A stretch of 64,000 nt of DNA from the human T2T-CHM13v2.0 reference genome, Homo sapiens (GCF_009914755.1 NC_060947.1); one strand, 5' to 3'; positions 40,441-64,000 are shown, counted from the stretch's first letter. Notes: a model not told the origin generated them from the letters alone. Made by a program: numbers and translations.

Positions 40441-41265
40441 TCACAAAAAAAAAAAAAAAGTGCTGGGATTACAAGCGTGAGCCACCGCGCCTGGCCTCAG
40501 TCAACCTTTTCTGCAATAATTTCCATTCTGACAGCATTTTTCACTCGAAACAAAACTATTTTAATCTGATTCTAATTATTTAGGAGGTAAAAATCTGAAA
40601 TGGGTTTTTTACAAAAAAAAAAAAACAAACTATGAACACTGACAATACTTTTGAGATTATTCTTATTCTAAGTAACCAACACAAAAAAAAGAACTATGTG
40701 AAAGAACTCAGAATACAACAAAATGATGAAGACAATAAAAAAATTTTGTCAAAATCAGGCTACACTGTTGTCCTCAGTAACGTGTTGTAAATTGAATGAA
40801 AAATCAAGAGAAAGGCCGGGCGCGGTGGCTCACGCCTGTAATCCCAGCACTTTGGGAGGCCGAAGCGGGCAGATCACGAGGTCAGGAGATCGAGACCATC
40901 TTGGCTAACATGGTGAAACCCCATCTCTACTAAAAATACAAAAAAAAAAAAAACAAAACATTAGCCAGGCGTGGTGGTGGGAACCTGTAGTCCCAGATAC
41001 TCAGGAGGCTGAGGCAGGAGAAAACCTGGGAGGCGGAGCTTGCAGTGAGCCGACATCACGCCACTGCACTCCAGTCTGGGCGACAGGGCAAGGCTCCGTC
41101 TGAAAAATAAATAAATAAATAAATAAAAATAAAAATCAAGAGAAATGAGTCCACAATTCTTGAAACGTCAAAAGAATACAGAATACTCTCCTCCATAAGG
41201 AGCATTCAGGACAGTATCTACATTTTATACAGCAATCTTTTATTTTTATATTTTTTATTTTTTGA

Positions 41266-41370
<105 letters not shown>

Positions 41371-41373
41371 TGA

Positions 41374-41568
<195 letters not shown>

Positions 41569-41714
41569 TAGGGCCACACACCAAACAGAACAGAGGCTTT
41601 CTCTGGAAAGGGGGCTGGGGGGAGGTGGACAATAGCAACCTGACCAACTGTACTATTTTGACTTTTTACAAGGAAAAGTATTTCAGTATTACTTACAACA
41701 TTTTTTTTAAATAG

Positions 41715-42117
<403 letters not shown>

Positions 42118-42311
42118 TAATATGTAATCATATGGCTTCCATTTCTAAATGCCTTCAGATCACATTTTAAGCCTAAAAGAAAATCAGTCTCGGCCAGGCG
42201 CCGTGGCTCACGCCTGTAATCCAGCACTTTGGAAAGCCAAGTTGGTTAGATCACCTGAGGTCAGGAGTTCAAGAGCAGCCTGGCTAACATGGTGAAACTC
42301 TGTTTCTACTA

Positions 42312-42446
<135 letters not shown>

Positions 42447-42874
42447 TTAGGCAACAAGAGTGAAACTCCGCTTAAAAAAAAAAAGTAAAGAAAATCAGTC
42501 TCGATATATTTTAAATAAGAGTGGTAAAGAATAGAGAATGGGCCGGATTCGGTGGCTCGAGCCTGTAATCCCAGCACTTTGGGAGGCCGAGGCGGGCAGA
42601 TCACTTGAGGTCAGGGGTTCGAGACAAGCCTGGCCAACATAGTGTGAAACCCTGTCTCTACTAAAAATACAATAATTAGCTGGTGGGCACCTGTAGCCCC
42701 AGCTACTCAGGAGGCTGAGGCAGGAGAATCGCTCGAACCCAGGAGGCAAAAGGCTGCAGTGGGCCGAGATCGCACCACTGCATTCCAGCCTGGGTGACAG
42801 AGTGAGACTCCGCCTCAAAAAAAAAAAAAGATTCATTATCTCCACACACACACACACAAAGATGAGAAAATGGC

Positions 42875-43347
42875 ATCTGTACGCCTATGTTTATTGCAGC
42901 ACTATTTACAATAGCAAAGACTTGGAAGCAACCCAAATGCCCATCAGTGATAGACTGGATAAAGAAAATGTGGCACATATACACCATGGAATGCTATGCA
43001 GCCATAAAATAGAATGAGTTCTTTACAGGGACATGGATGAAGCTAGAAACCATCATTCTCAGCAAACTAACACAGGAATAGAAAACCAAACATCACATGT
43101 TCTCACTCATAAGTGGGATTGAACAATGATAACACATGGAAGGGAACATCACACACTGGGGCCTATCAGGGGATGGAGGGCAAGGGGAGGGAGACCATTA
43201 GGACAAACACCTAATGCATGCGGGGCTTAAAACCTAGATGACAGGTTGATAGGTGCAGCAAACCAACATGGCATGTGTACCTATGTAACAAACCTTCATG
43301 TTCCGCACATGTATCCCAGGACTTAGAGTAAAATAGAAAAAAAAATT
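42875..43347 (+). mobile_element. L1PA-type 3' end
   Basis: ATGTTTATTGCAGCACTATTTACAATAGCAAAGACTTGGAA...AAACCATCATTCTCAGCAAACTAACACAGGAA...poly(A). Confidence 0.9.
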
Positions 43348-43684
43348 ACAATATTAGTCTTCATTAAAACAATCTCTACTGGAACCTTTTCTACATCTCC
43401 TAATTAAACGTAGTGTCCAACATAAACTTTTCTTTCTGTTGTGGTGGTGGTGGCGGTAAAGAATCAAGCTTTATGTAAACTTGGTCAATAATAAGATTAT
43501 CTCATTCTACTAAAAAAAAAAGAAGAAGAAGAAAAGAAAATGGCATTTTTTTAAAAAAAAAAAAAGAGGAAGGGGACTTGTAGTATGATTCCACCGAGTT
43601 TTTTGAAAATGTCATACCAAGGGTATATTTGAATATGTCCAGAACGGAGTCTAAAAAGATGTTAGGGCCGGGCGCAGTGGCTCA

Positions 43685-44028
<344 letters not shown>

Positions 44029-44451
44029 TTACAAAAAAACCATTGATTTGTTTTGTAACATGCAAAGAACAAAAATGGCTAGCTCCTGAGGATATTATAA
44101 AGGTTTGCCACAAAGTTTGAAGATAATTCCAAATGAGGAAGAGTAAAAATGTTTTGATCAGTGATAGAATTTTTGGAATAAATATAATGACAGTATAATT
44201 AAATCTATCCTCTCAAAACGACTGTTTTGATGCATTCATTTGAATGTAAAATTTGGGAGCACTCATACTTTAACAATAACAATAAAACCCACAATCATTT
44301 CGATCTGTTTCACAGCAAAGGAGGATATAAAGCCAAGAATTTATCTCCCTTTGTCACTCAGGCTGGAGTGCAGTGGTACAATCATAGCTCACTGTGGCCT
44401 TGAACTCCTGGGCTCACCTAATCCTTCTGCTTCAGCCTCCCAAGTACCTAG

Positions 44452-44616
<165 letters not shown>

Positions 44617-44692
44617 TAAAGTTTAGACTTCAAACAACATTAAAAAAACTCTTCCTAATACAACAAACATAGAACTATTTTATGAGAAATTT

Positions 44693-51622
<6,930 letters not shown>

Positions 51623-52140
51623 CTTGATAGTCAAGCTTATCAACCATCATAGTGTCCACTTACTTGGCCCTCAGTCACCAACCCAGGTTAATCTACCCTT
51701 CACTTCCATCAGTAAACCTAAAGTATAAGGATCATGAAAGCTTTCCAAAGTGCCCAAATCAGTGAACACGACTCATGATATGTAACTAACTCATATCTCA
51801 TCTAGCTTATATCTCCGTCATGGACATTGTTGGTTGCATATCCAGTCTCTATTCTCCCTCTTCCTTCCTAAAAGAACTCCATTGTGTTCATGAATGCATT
51901 CCTCTCCCCTGTGATTAAGTGACGCCACCCTGGGTTGATCCTGTTTAGTCTAAGCCAATCAGATCATGGCATTCCTCTGACAACTGTTACAGGGTCAGAC
52001 AACTGACCTAAGTTGGTCCAATCAGACTGAAGGACCAAGTGTGGGAGTTTTTTCTCTCTCCTCCTCCTCTTGCTCTAGAGAATGAGAAAGTGTGTATGTT
52101 ACTAGTAGTCATCTTGCAACCCTAAAGGAAACCAACCTGA

Positions 52141-52388
<248 letters not shown>

Positions 52389-52596
52389 TAGCCAGGATGG
52401 TCTCGATCTCCTGACCTCGTGATCCGCCCGCCTCGGCCTCCCGAAGTGCTGGGATTACAGGCGTGAGCCACCGTGCCTGGCCTGACACTGTTGACCAACT
52501 GAATCAGAGCCTGGAATCCATTCTTCCTCTGGACTTTGTGAGAGAATTTTCCTTACTATTTAAGCAGTTGGGTTTTCCCAGCTGAAAGCATCCTAA

Positions 52597-52902
<306 letters not shown>

Positions 52903-52957
52903 TAAAAATACAAAAAAATTAGCCAGGCGTGGTGGCGGGCGCCTGTAATCCTAGCTA

Positions 52958-53113
<156 letters not shown>

Positions 53114-53269
53114 TCACTATGTCTTTCCCTTGACACATCAAAACTGAGCTTCCAGCACTTCCCCCAATGGAATACCACTGATGTTCCCCACCCCTTTTAC
53201 CTGAAGAACTCCTACCTGTCTCAAAACTAAATTTAAGTGTCCCATCTGTGAAGCCTTCTCTGAAGTCCC

Positions 53270-54133
53270 CAGGGGTTCCTTACCTTTTTTTCTGCCGTGG
53301 ACCTCTTTGGCCGTCAGTGAGTCCTATAGACTCCTTCTCAAAATAATGCTTCTAATTGCATACAAAAAAGTCCCAACTATATTGAAATAATCTTATTTTT
53401 TAAACTCAAATATCTGATATAAGCAGTATGTGCTTCTTTACTAGCCCACTAAACAAAAAGATCTAGCAGTGAGTCTTATAACTACCATAGTTCTGAAGTA
53501 GTAATGAGCATAAGTGATATTTTGACATCTGCAACAACTGTAATGTAATATGAAAATGTCTGTGACTTGTGCTGGTACTGTGACTTCTACTGGTAACAGG
53601 TACTGCTAATACTACTGTGATTTGTTACAGTAGGAACTTGTAAAATGAATGGCCCCCAGCGAAGTGCACCAACTCATATCTATGACCTTGTGTGGTTCCC
53701 CACCATATCAACTCTGGACTTGGCTACGTGACTTGTTTTGACATCAGCAAACATGATGCTGTGTTTGTGCCTTGGGACTTGCCCTCTTGGAAGTCAGTAA
53801 CCAAGTGAGGAAGTCCAACCTAGGCACATGGAGGGGCACCAAGCCCCCAGACATGGGAGTGAAGCCAACTTTCAGTCAAGTCACCAGCAGAACTGCCCAG
53901 CCAACCCAGATTTTGAGAAACAATTCTTGTTTTAAGGCACTGGTTTGCAGTGATTTGTTACCCAACAATAGATAACTGAGACATTACCCATATGCGTAAC
54001 TAAAGGAAGTGCTCAATTCCAATTGGAGATTGCTAAAAATAGTTATGTTTTTTCCCCATCAAAGTTCAGGGATCCTCTGAAATCTATGTGCAGATCCTTT
54101 GAGGAGCTGAGGGCCCCAGGTTAGGAACCCCTG
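53270..54133. mobile_element. hAT-Charlie element (Charlie4/MER80-like) interrupted by an MLT1-like LTR fragment (~53630-53985)
   Basis: CAGGGGTTCCT...AGGAACCCCTG terminal inverted repeats. Internal sequence matches 56887-57319 in the opposite orientation. Confidence 0.6.
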
Positions 54134-55139
54134 GTTAAGCCAAGTGGATCCTGCTCTCCTTTTTACTACTTTACTACACTGTTGGTACACATATAGTTAA
54201 ACTGGCCACAGCATATCTTTCCTTGTTGTAACCCTGAAATGGAGCTGAGCTCCTAGCACATAACAGGTGTTTAACACACAAATTTATCAAATGAATGTTG
54301 ATTATAGGATCTGTCTTCCTGACTAAACTGTGAGCTGCCTGAAAACAGAGTAAGAGCAAATACTAGGCCTTTTCCAAGTGCTTTACACATACCAACTTAC
54401 TCCTTATAACAACCCTATGAGGTAGATGTTATTACCCCAACTTCACCAAAGGAAGATAGGCACAGTGACTTGCCCAAGGTCACACAGCTAGAAAGTGGCA
54501 ATGCCAGGACTAGAAGGCAGAATGCATGTTCTGATTTTACAGCCTTTATTAACGTACCCAAAGCACATTGCAGAGCTCAATAAAACTTTTAAATGAATAG
54601 TACAATTCTGAGATTTCATTAGCACTATTTTATGGGTACTATGCTTCTTGAAGACTCAATTTTGTAGATTAATTTCTGGTAGCCTGTGATTTTTTATGAC
54701 AAAATACATATAATTTACTTTTTAAAAAGTAGAATAATGGCTTTATGCTAAAGTGCAGATTTTCGAAATTAAGTCTTCATCGTAAAAGTCGATTTTTTTC
54801 CAAAGGACACGAGTTCACAAAACGCAGGGATGGGGGTCCACTGGCCCGTATTAAATAATGTTCCCTGAGGAGTGGAGCAAAGCTCCAGCTTCCCTCGTCA
54901 CCCAGCCATCCCACCCCAGCCTCCCCCATACCCTGCACAGCTTCTCCTAAAATGACCCTCCCCCATCCACACATCAGGTTCTGAAACCTGACCCTGCCAG
55001 GCAACTAAAGCCGCGAACCCCACAGTGCCCTGAGCTGGCCTCACCCTACCCACGATCCCAAGAGGGTACTAGCCGAGGGGATGGGTACTTTGGGGGAAGG
55101 CACTTTAAATTTTCAAAGTGTTTAATTCACGAAAGCACA

Positions 55140-55885
55140 ACCCAAAGGGCCGCCCCCACCCACCCGGGGGTCTCCCGCCTCCGCCCGGCAGCCGCTCATC
55201 CCCAGTAGACCAGTGAATGAACCGCGGGGCCGGGACGCAGCCGGCCCAGTGGCGGGAAAAGCCTCGGGGTGAGCCAGGCCTGGCTGCAGAGAGGCCCCAA
55301 GAGAGCGCGGGGAGGGCTCGGGCGGCCGGGAGGGGGCGGTGACAGCTGTGACTCGACTCCACGCTCTCACCTTGAACATGTCGCTGGCAGCGGAGGCTCC
55401 GGCAGGGTCACCCCGGCCTCGGCCACGCCCACTATAGAGAGGTGACTACGGAGGCCCGGTAGGGCCTTGATTTCTCCAACCGCAAGCAGGCAGCGGTGCG
55501 GGTGACGGCCGTACTGCAAACTCGGTGCGGCGAAGGTTTAGTTCAATCACCCGGTTCTAGAAGCCGCGTCGCTGAGCCGCAGCGCGTCGCGCCCGGGCAG
55601 CGGGTGAACGCAAACCCCGCCCTCCAGGAGGCTCCGCCCCTGCGCCGGCGGTTGCTAGGCGGCAAGAAAGCGCCGGCTCTGTGTGGACGGTACGCGGAGG
55701 CGCGAGGAGGGAGGCGCCTGGCGTTGCCGCGGCGCTGGGAAACTGTCTTTGCAGCGGCGACTGGGCGCCCAGCGGCGTGTACTGGGATTTCTGTGAGCAG
55801 AGGCTGCCGAGAGGGGGCGCTTGGAGGGCCACCGGCGGCTTCGAAAGCTTCGCAGCCGGAAGCCGCCGGTTGGCGGCCTGGATTT
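55140..55885. promoter_or_regulatory. CpG island / bidirectional promoter of APOO (-) and CXorf58 (+)
   Basis: Only long GC- and CpG-dense non-Alu stretch in the window. Contains the APOO ATG, GC/KLF boxes (GGCCACGCCC 55421-55430, CTCCGCCCC near 55632) and an ETS core CCGGAAG near 55856. Confidence 0.9.
55371..55379 (-). CDS. APOO: APOO/MIC26 coding exon 1 (MFK)
   Basis: Reverse strand reads gccagcgac ATG TTC AAG then donor GTGAGA, inside the CpG island. Joins in phase 0 to [14 protein letters not shown], the recognised APOO N-terminus. Confidence 0.95.
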
Positions 55886-56006
55886 ACCTTACGAAAGGTT
55901 TTAACCAAGGACTTGAGGTTTCTCAGGTTTTAAATTTAAACTAATATGCTGTGTCCTTTAATCGGAAAAGGCTCTGACCTTATTTTTTCCCGTTAAGAAA
56001 CAAGCG
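55680..56006 (+). other. CXorf58: Probable non-coding first exon of CXorf58 (5' end uncertain)
   Basis: Strong donor GCG|gtaagc at 56006/56007 just downstream of the CpG island. The first coding exon has its own acceptor, so an upstream exon is required. TSS cannot be read from sequence. Confidence 0.5.
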
Positions 56007-56444
56007 GTAAGCCTCCTCTCTGGAAATCAAATGTTTGTCCCTTAATACTTGTAGAAGTAACTGATAATGGCAATAATTATCTTATTAACAAGAGTAAACA
56101 AGCACTGATACAGCACTTTGATATGCGCAGCCCTGATCTAAGTTCTTTATTCACATTCATCTAATCTTTCCAACAACGGAAGTAGGTGGGCATGATTATT
56201 ATTCCCAATACATAGATGAAGAAACTGAGGCACGTAGAAGTAATTTGTACAAGACCACATAGGAAGTGGGAAGCTAGGATCCAAACCCATTAGTCTGCCT
56301 TTGAAACCTGTGTTCTAGCCAAAACAATTGTTGCACTGTCTCATAATGAGGATGTATTTCCTATTTCATTCTGTATTTCTGCCCTAATCCTATAAAAAGT
56401 GTAAGCCCCATCCAGGCGAGCATCTGGAAAAATTTAGAATTTGT

Positions 56445-56765
56445 ACAGTGACGTGCCACTGCCCTCCAGCCAAAGACCACTAGGGGCACACCTGTAGTTG
56501 AAGAAATTGGGTTTCTCATTGCTGCAAGGAGAACGCACACGTAGGAACACAGTGACATATTTCAGTAAAAGAGTTAGATTTATTATAGGATTTGGGCTTT
56601 GGTTCGGTGATTTTGGGGCGAGTTCAAGGAAGCAGGAGCTTTGCTCTGGATCGGGTGTTGTTAGGAAGCAGTGGTAACACCAAGGCCCAGCTGTGACTGC
56701 CAGCCTTGGTGTTAGTTAAGCCCAGCTTAACTCCCAGATGTTAAGGGCTGCTTTTCTCTTTCTTA
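56445..56765. mobile_element. Old ERV LTR fragment (family uncertain)
   Basis: AAGACCAC..ACACCTGTAGTTGAA..TTGGGTTT...TTATAGGATTTGGGCTT...TTTGCTCTGGAT resembles an LTR consensus. Not assigned to a family. Confidence 0.45.
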
Positions 56766-56886
56766 AGAGGATTGTATATTCCAAGGCATCCCCAAGGAGA
56801 AATACTGAATAGACTCAGAAGGCTCTCTGCATCAGCAGTGTAACGTCACACATACATAAAAATGTGAAACATATTGATAAATTAGG

Positions 56887-57319
56887 GCAGAAGTTCTTAA
56901 TTCAGGGGGTATGTGAACTTGTATGGGGGAAAAAATGACAACTTCATTTTCACTAACCTCTAACTGAACTTTGTTTCTTTCAATTATAGTGTAGATAACA
57001 AGCCACAGTAGTATTAACATTGATGACTTTGTCATCAATGGAAAGCACAGATATTTTCATGTTACATTGCAGTCATGTCAGGGATCTTGAAATATTTATG
57101 CTCGTTACTACAAAAATACAGTAGTTATTAGAGCTCATTTAATGCATTAAGAAGACACATTTACTATAATTTTGTTTTAAAAAATATTTTGATGATTTCA
57201 ATATAATTGGAGCACCTTGTAATCCTATGTATTTTATGTTATGCGTTTTAAAACCAATTCTTAGAAGAGATCTGTCCATAGGGGTCCATGGCACCAAAAG
57301 AAATGATAAAGAGCCCCTG
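56887..57319. mobile_element. hAT-Charlie element (Charlie4/MER80-like)
   Basis: TTTTCACTAACCTCTAACTGAA...GTAATCCTATGTATTTTAT...GGGGTCCATGGCAC...AGAGCCCCTG terminus. Confidence 0.65.
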
Positions 57320-57979
57320 GTTTAGTAACAGAGACCAAGCAGTGAGTAAGAATTTGGGAGCTGCATCCAAATTGGAGCATTACTGCATCCAAACTCGTTG
57401 CTTTAAAGAATAGAAAGTTGGAGGTGGAATCAGAAATTTAGTGTATACCCTCTCACTTTACCAAGGAGGGAACTGAACCACTGAGAGGTTAAGTGACTTG
57501 CCCAAAGTCTCACTGCTATTTGGTGATAAAACTGGGACAAAACGTTTTTAGACAAACATGTAAAAACTCTCCACTGTGCTAGGCACTGAGGACTCTGTAG
57601 TTAACAAGATGCCTCCTGCCCTCAATGAGCTTGTTGGTAGACAGCTGGAGAGTGAGGAGATTGAATTATTGAGTTAAAAAGTTAACTCCAGGTGTAGTGT
57701 GGAAGATGAATAAGAGGAGAAAAAGACTGGAGACAGACCAGTTAGAAGGCTATGGATAGATTTACTTGTCTTTTCCATATACCATATAATATTTTTAGTA
57801 CACAAAGAATGTAAACTGTAAGCAACTTTAAGAGATCCACAATGCCTTCCTTTTTAAAGGATTCAGAATTAGTACAACAATCATATGGCACTTGAGTCTT
57901 GTCCAAACAGTGTAATAGTATAAATTATGACCTCAAAGGGTTAATTTATGTACTTTCAGATTACTTCATTGGAGGGAAA

Positions 57980-58095
57980 ATGAATCGTTCCTCAAATGTA
58001 CCACGTAAAGGTATTCTGAAATCAGGTACAAGATCCTTACAAAAAGTTTGCAGAGTACATTTCGCAAATGCACGAAATGCAAGATCATTACTATC
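57980..58095 (+). CDS. CXorf58: CXorf58 first coding exon (MNRSSNVPRKGILKSGTRSLQKVCRVHFANARNARSLL/S)
   Basis: Acceptor tttcag ending at 57959, ATG at 57980, donor TC|gtaagt. Recognised N-terminus and position next to APOO. Confidence 0.9.
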
Positions 58096-58382
58096 GTAAG
58101 TACCTGTGTTTTGCCTTGTGTTATCTTCCACAACTGTACAGTTTCCAAACAGTACTTATTCAGATAACTTCAAATGCTTCTTGTTTTGTAAATCAAAGTT
58201 TTTGTGTTTTAAAATTACTTTCAAATTGAGTAATTATAATTGCATTTTCTAATTTACAAAGCATATTAACACACATCTACTTGATCCTGATACAACCTTG
58301 TGAAACAATTTTTACATTTTATAAATGAAGTAGTAGCAACCGGGAGAAGGTAAGTGGCTTGCAGAAAGTTATCAGCTAATAA

Positions 58383-58745
<363 letters not shown>

Positions 58746-59435
58746 TAGCCTTTTCTTCTTTATATCTTGTAGCCTGCATTTTGCCAGCCAATGGGTAGCA
58801 TTATGCAGGAGTACCTGTCTTTGTACATAGCGCTGTAAGGGGTAATGATGGGGTGAGAAGGTATGAAGGAGGAGACCCCTACAATCTGCCAGTGCTGGGA
58901 TATGATCAAAAGTAGAATAATTCCGACTTGACCTGGATGAGCCTGGTTCAAGCAAAGATCAGAGAAGGAAGTTTCTTTTTCTAGGGCATAGTCATCCACC
59001 CCCAGAAGAGAACTGGGCCTCCTGTAACTTTGACTATTCCCCATTCCATTTTCATAGCACTTGAACTAGTTGGACGTTTCATTTTAGGTCGTGAATGTTT
59101 TTGGGAAGTAAGCTTGTCTCCTCATACTTTTTATTTATAATATACATGCCTCTTAATGATATATTTATATTTTATATGCCTTTTGATGACAAAGTTTTGG
59201 CCAGGACTTTTTTTTTTAATCTCAAGGGAAATCTCCTCAAGTATTTCATATCCTCATTCTGAGTAGATTCTGCAAATGACCACTTCCAATTACCACATCC
59301 AAATGTTCCTCATTAGGTCAGTCTTAGAGTGGGGGATGGGGAGGTACAGGAGGAGGAAGCATAAATTGATAGTTCTCTAAGGTTTTAGGAAAATGAAAAC
59401 TACTTTATAAATATTAACCTCTTTTTTTCTCTCAG

Positions 59436-59535
59436 AATGCTTAAAGACATTTCAGCTCAAATAATACAGAGGGCTTGGTTATCTCATACAAACAAAATGA
59501 TATTTCGACTCCTAAAACACGCAATTTGTGCAGCG
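59436..59535 (+). CDS. CXorf58: CXorf58 coding exon (MLKDISAQIIQRAWLSHTNKMIFRLLKHAICAA)
   Basis: 100 nt, ctctcag|A ATG...GCG|gtatgt, phase 2/0, matching the previous exon. Confidence 0.92.
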
Positions 59536-59612
59536 GTATGTATTTTGCTTATTTTTTTCTCTGAGGGATTTAATTATCAAGCTAAAAGATCTATTAATTA
59601 AAGATCGAATAG

Positions 59613-59835
<223 letters not shown>

Positions 59836-60043
59836 TAGCCAGGATGATCTCGATCTCCTGACCTCGTGATCTGCCTGCCTTGGCCTCCCAAAGTGCTGGG
59901 ATTACAGGCGTGAGCCACCACGCCCGGCCCTTTCTTTATCTCTTCTATTTGGATCTAATAATATCACGTGGAGTTCTGGAATTGTTTCTTCTGTTAGCCC
60001 TAGATGAGTATTTCTGGATTTTTTAAAATGTGGATGACTATTA

Positions 60044-60457
<414 letters not shown>

Positions 60458-60884
60458 TTATCCAGCAATTTTACTTCTAAGAATCTGTTCTACAATACAT
60501 ACACAATTTGATTGCACCGTTGTTTGTAACAGCAAAGGGAGTAAACTGTATAATATCTATTGATATGATGCTGGTTAAATAAGTGTTGCTGCTTTTATAG
60601 TGTTAAACTTTGCAGCTTTAACATGATTCTGCAATAGAAAGGAAATGAAGATAGCTCATCAGTTAAAAAAGCAAGCACCAGACAGTATGAAGAGCATGAT
60701 CCTACTTGAGTGAAAACCAAAACCAAAAAAAAAAGGTGCATATCCCCCCTCCTCCAGAAAGCAACTCTGGCAACCCTAGCAGAGCCTTCCTTGGCATAGT
60801 ACCAAATATTCTAATAAAACAACCTATAAATCCAGTAGTCTATTATTAGTGATACTCTTTTTTTTCTTTTCTTTTTTGAGATGA

Positions 60885-61267
<383 letters not shown>

Positions 61268-61728
61268 TGATGTCAGTAAAAGCAGAATACGGCTGGGCAC
61301 AGTGGCTCACACCTGTAATCCCAGCGTGAGCTGGGATCTTTAGGAGGCCGAGGCGGGTGGATTGCCTGAGGTCAGGAGTTCGAGACCAGTCCGGTCAACA
61401 TGGTGAAACCCCGTCTCTACTAAAAATACAAAAAAATTAGCCGGGCATGGTGGTGTGCGCCTGTAATCCCAGCTACCTTGAACCGGGGAGGTGGAGGTTA
61501 TAGTGAGCCGAGTTTGAGCCACTGCACTCCAGCCTGGGCGACAGAGCAAGACTCCGTCTGAATACTTCAGAGAAAACCCACCCAGGTAAACTCCTGGCAT
61601 TTCAGGTCTATTATCCATTGTCTTTGAATATGGAACTTGTATTTAATTTTATAATGCTGGTTTCATAGTATTTTTAGACTTTTGTAACAGAAGGAAATTC
61701 TTTTTTATCTGTTATAGTAATACTTTAA

Positions 61729-62092
<364 letters not shown>

Positions 62093-62550
62093 TGATTATC
62101 ATAGGCATAACGGGGTTGGTTGGGGTTGTTTGGGGGAAAGAGTTGGGACTTTAGAGTCAAACAGAACTAAATGAATCCTGGCTTCCCCATTCACTACCTG
62201 TATGCCTTTTTATAAATTACAAAAATTCCCTGAGCCTCAGCCTTCTCATCTGTAAAATAGGCGTGATAATATTCTCATAATGGGCCAGGTGCAGTGGCTC
62301 ACGCCTGTAATCCCAGCACTTTGGGAGGCTGAGGCGGGTGGATCACCTGAAGTCGGGAGCTCGAGACCAGCCTGACCAACATGAAGAAACCCCATCTCTA
62401 TTAAAAATACAAAATTAGCCAGGCATGGTGGCGCATGCCTGTAATTCCAGCTACTCAGGAGGCTGAGCAGGAGAATCACTTGAACCTGGGAGGTGGAGGT
62501 TGCGGTGAGCCGAGATCATGCCATTGCACTGCAGCCTGAGTGGTGGCTCA

Positions 62551-62853
<303 letters not shown>

Positions 62854-63378
62854 TTAAATGAGCTAATGTATATAAGGCACCTAACATAGTAGTATATGGT
62901 ACATAAAAGGTGCTTAAAAGCTAGTAACTTATTACTATTATCATCCTCATCTTACAGTGATTCATTCAACAAATACTTCTTAAGCATCTGCTGTGTTCCA
63001 GGCACTGTATTAGATGCTAGGAATATAGTGGTAAAGAGAAAAGCCACCATCCCTACCTTCATGAAGCTTACAGTCTAGTAGGAGGCACAGACAAGTTGAT
63101 AAGTAATTATAATATATTGTGAAAAGTGCTGTCATAGGGAAATAATAGTGCCTTTGATCTCTAAAAGGGACAGATAACCAAAGTTGGAGGCCAAAATGAT
63201 TAAGTAACTGGCTCAAGGCTACACAGATAGTAAGTGGAGGTGCCAAAACAAAAACCCACCCCTTCAGAACTCCAAGTCCAGCATAATGTTCACTTTACCA
63301 CGTTGCCTCTGTTATAGTCCATAAATTGTGTCTGGGTGGGATACTGCTTTCCTTTTACAGCACTGTCCTTTATTTCAG

Positions 63379-63473
63379 GAATTCTATGTAACACATGAAA
63401 TACTGAAGAAAGTGGCCCCCTTAGAGGCTAAGCTTATTAAGGATCCTACTATGCAGTGTAAAATTAGATTCAG
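63379..63473 (+). CDS. CXorf58: CXorf58 coding exon (EFYVTHEILKKVAPLEAKLIKDPTMQCKIRF/R)
   Basis: 95 nt, tttcag|GAA...TTC AG|gtaatg, phase 0/2. Confidence 0.92.
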
Positions 63474-63895
63474 GTAATGTATCTATGCTGATTTATTTCA
63501 AGAAGTACTTAGTTAATATGAGGAAATCTTAGATATGGATTTTTTAAATTCTTGTAACTTCTCAGAACTTAATTACAAAGTAAATGTGTTATTCTTATTT
63601 ACATTTGTTATGTAAAGAAACCGAGGCATGACTCTGTGGCTAAAAGTTGCCATGAGAGTAGCTCTCATCTCCCATTCTGTATTCAGTCTTACACAGGTAT
63701 GAGAATAGTTGTGAGTACACCAAAGTGTGGGTCTTACATCCTATGTGATCCATTTCATTACCAGTTCTTTACATGCTCTGACATAGCCTTTACCCTGTAT
63801 GCAAGAAACTATATGAACTATCTTAAGTATAAGGGGGAAAAGCAACTGAGCCCAAAACCTGATGCCAAATAACTAAATTTTTATCTTTATTTCAG

Positions 63896-64000
63896 ATTTA
63901 GAGGTGAAACGTTTCCACCTTTCATCGTGTTTAAAATTTTTCTTCATACTGATGGCCATGGTTACAAGTATTTTAGTGGAAAAAATGTATTAATGCCGTC
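63896..64000 (+). CDS. CXorf58: CXorf58 coding exon, truncated by window end (FRGETFPPFIVFKIFLHTDGHGYKYFSGKNVLMP...)
   Basis: tttcag|A TTT AGA GGT..., phase 2 start, open to the window edge. Confidence 0.9.

Noticed and set aside
55105-55944. Overlapping 85-145 aa ORFs in the CpG island
   Set aside because: Expected from low stop frequency in GC-rich DNA. Only MFK of 55122-55379 is coding before the splice donor.

Overview
Human (great-ape-type) genomic DNA, recognisable as the Xp22.11 APOO/CXorf58 locus. The minus strand carries coding exons 1-7 of APOO (MIC26, a MICOS subunit). All have GT-AG boundaries and consistent phases; the last exons lie to the left of the window. The plus strand carries the first four coding exons of CXorf58, the last one cut by the window edge. 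The two genes are head-to-head across a CpG island at about 55.1-55.9 kb. Roughly a third of the window is Alu (about 75 copies or fragments counted by eye), plus L1/HAL1 fragments, MaLR and LTR1 solo LTRs and MER DNA transposons. Almost all listed six-frame ORFs are Alu or low-complexity artefacts. Main hunt results: (1) seven exon-like segments with AG/GT boundaries on the minus strand inside APOO intron 1 (44.7-51.6 kb) splice into one reading frame broken by stops, suggesting a decayed multi-exon gene; (2) CXorf58 has tandem SILK and RVxF PP1-docking motifs, an IQ-like helix and apparent paralogy to C11orf65/MFI; (3) a candidate poison micro-exon in APOO intron 4; (4) several informative nested or inverted transposon structures. 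Gene and repeat family names come from recognition, not from database searches.
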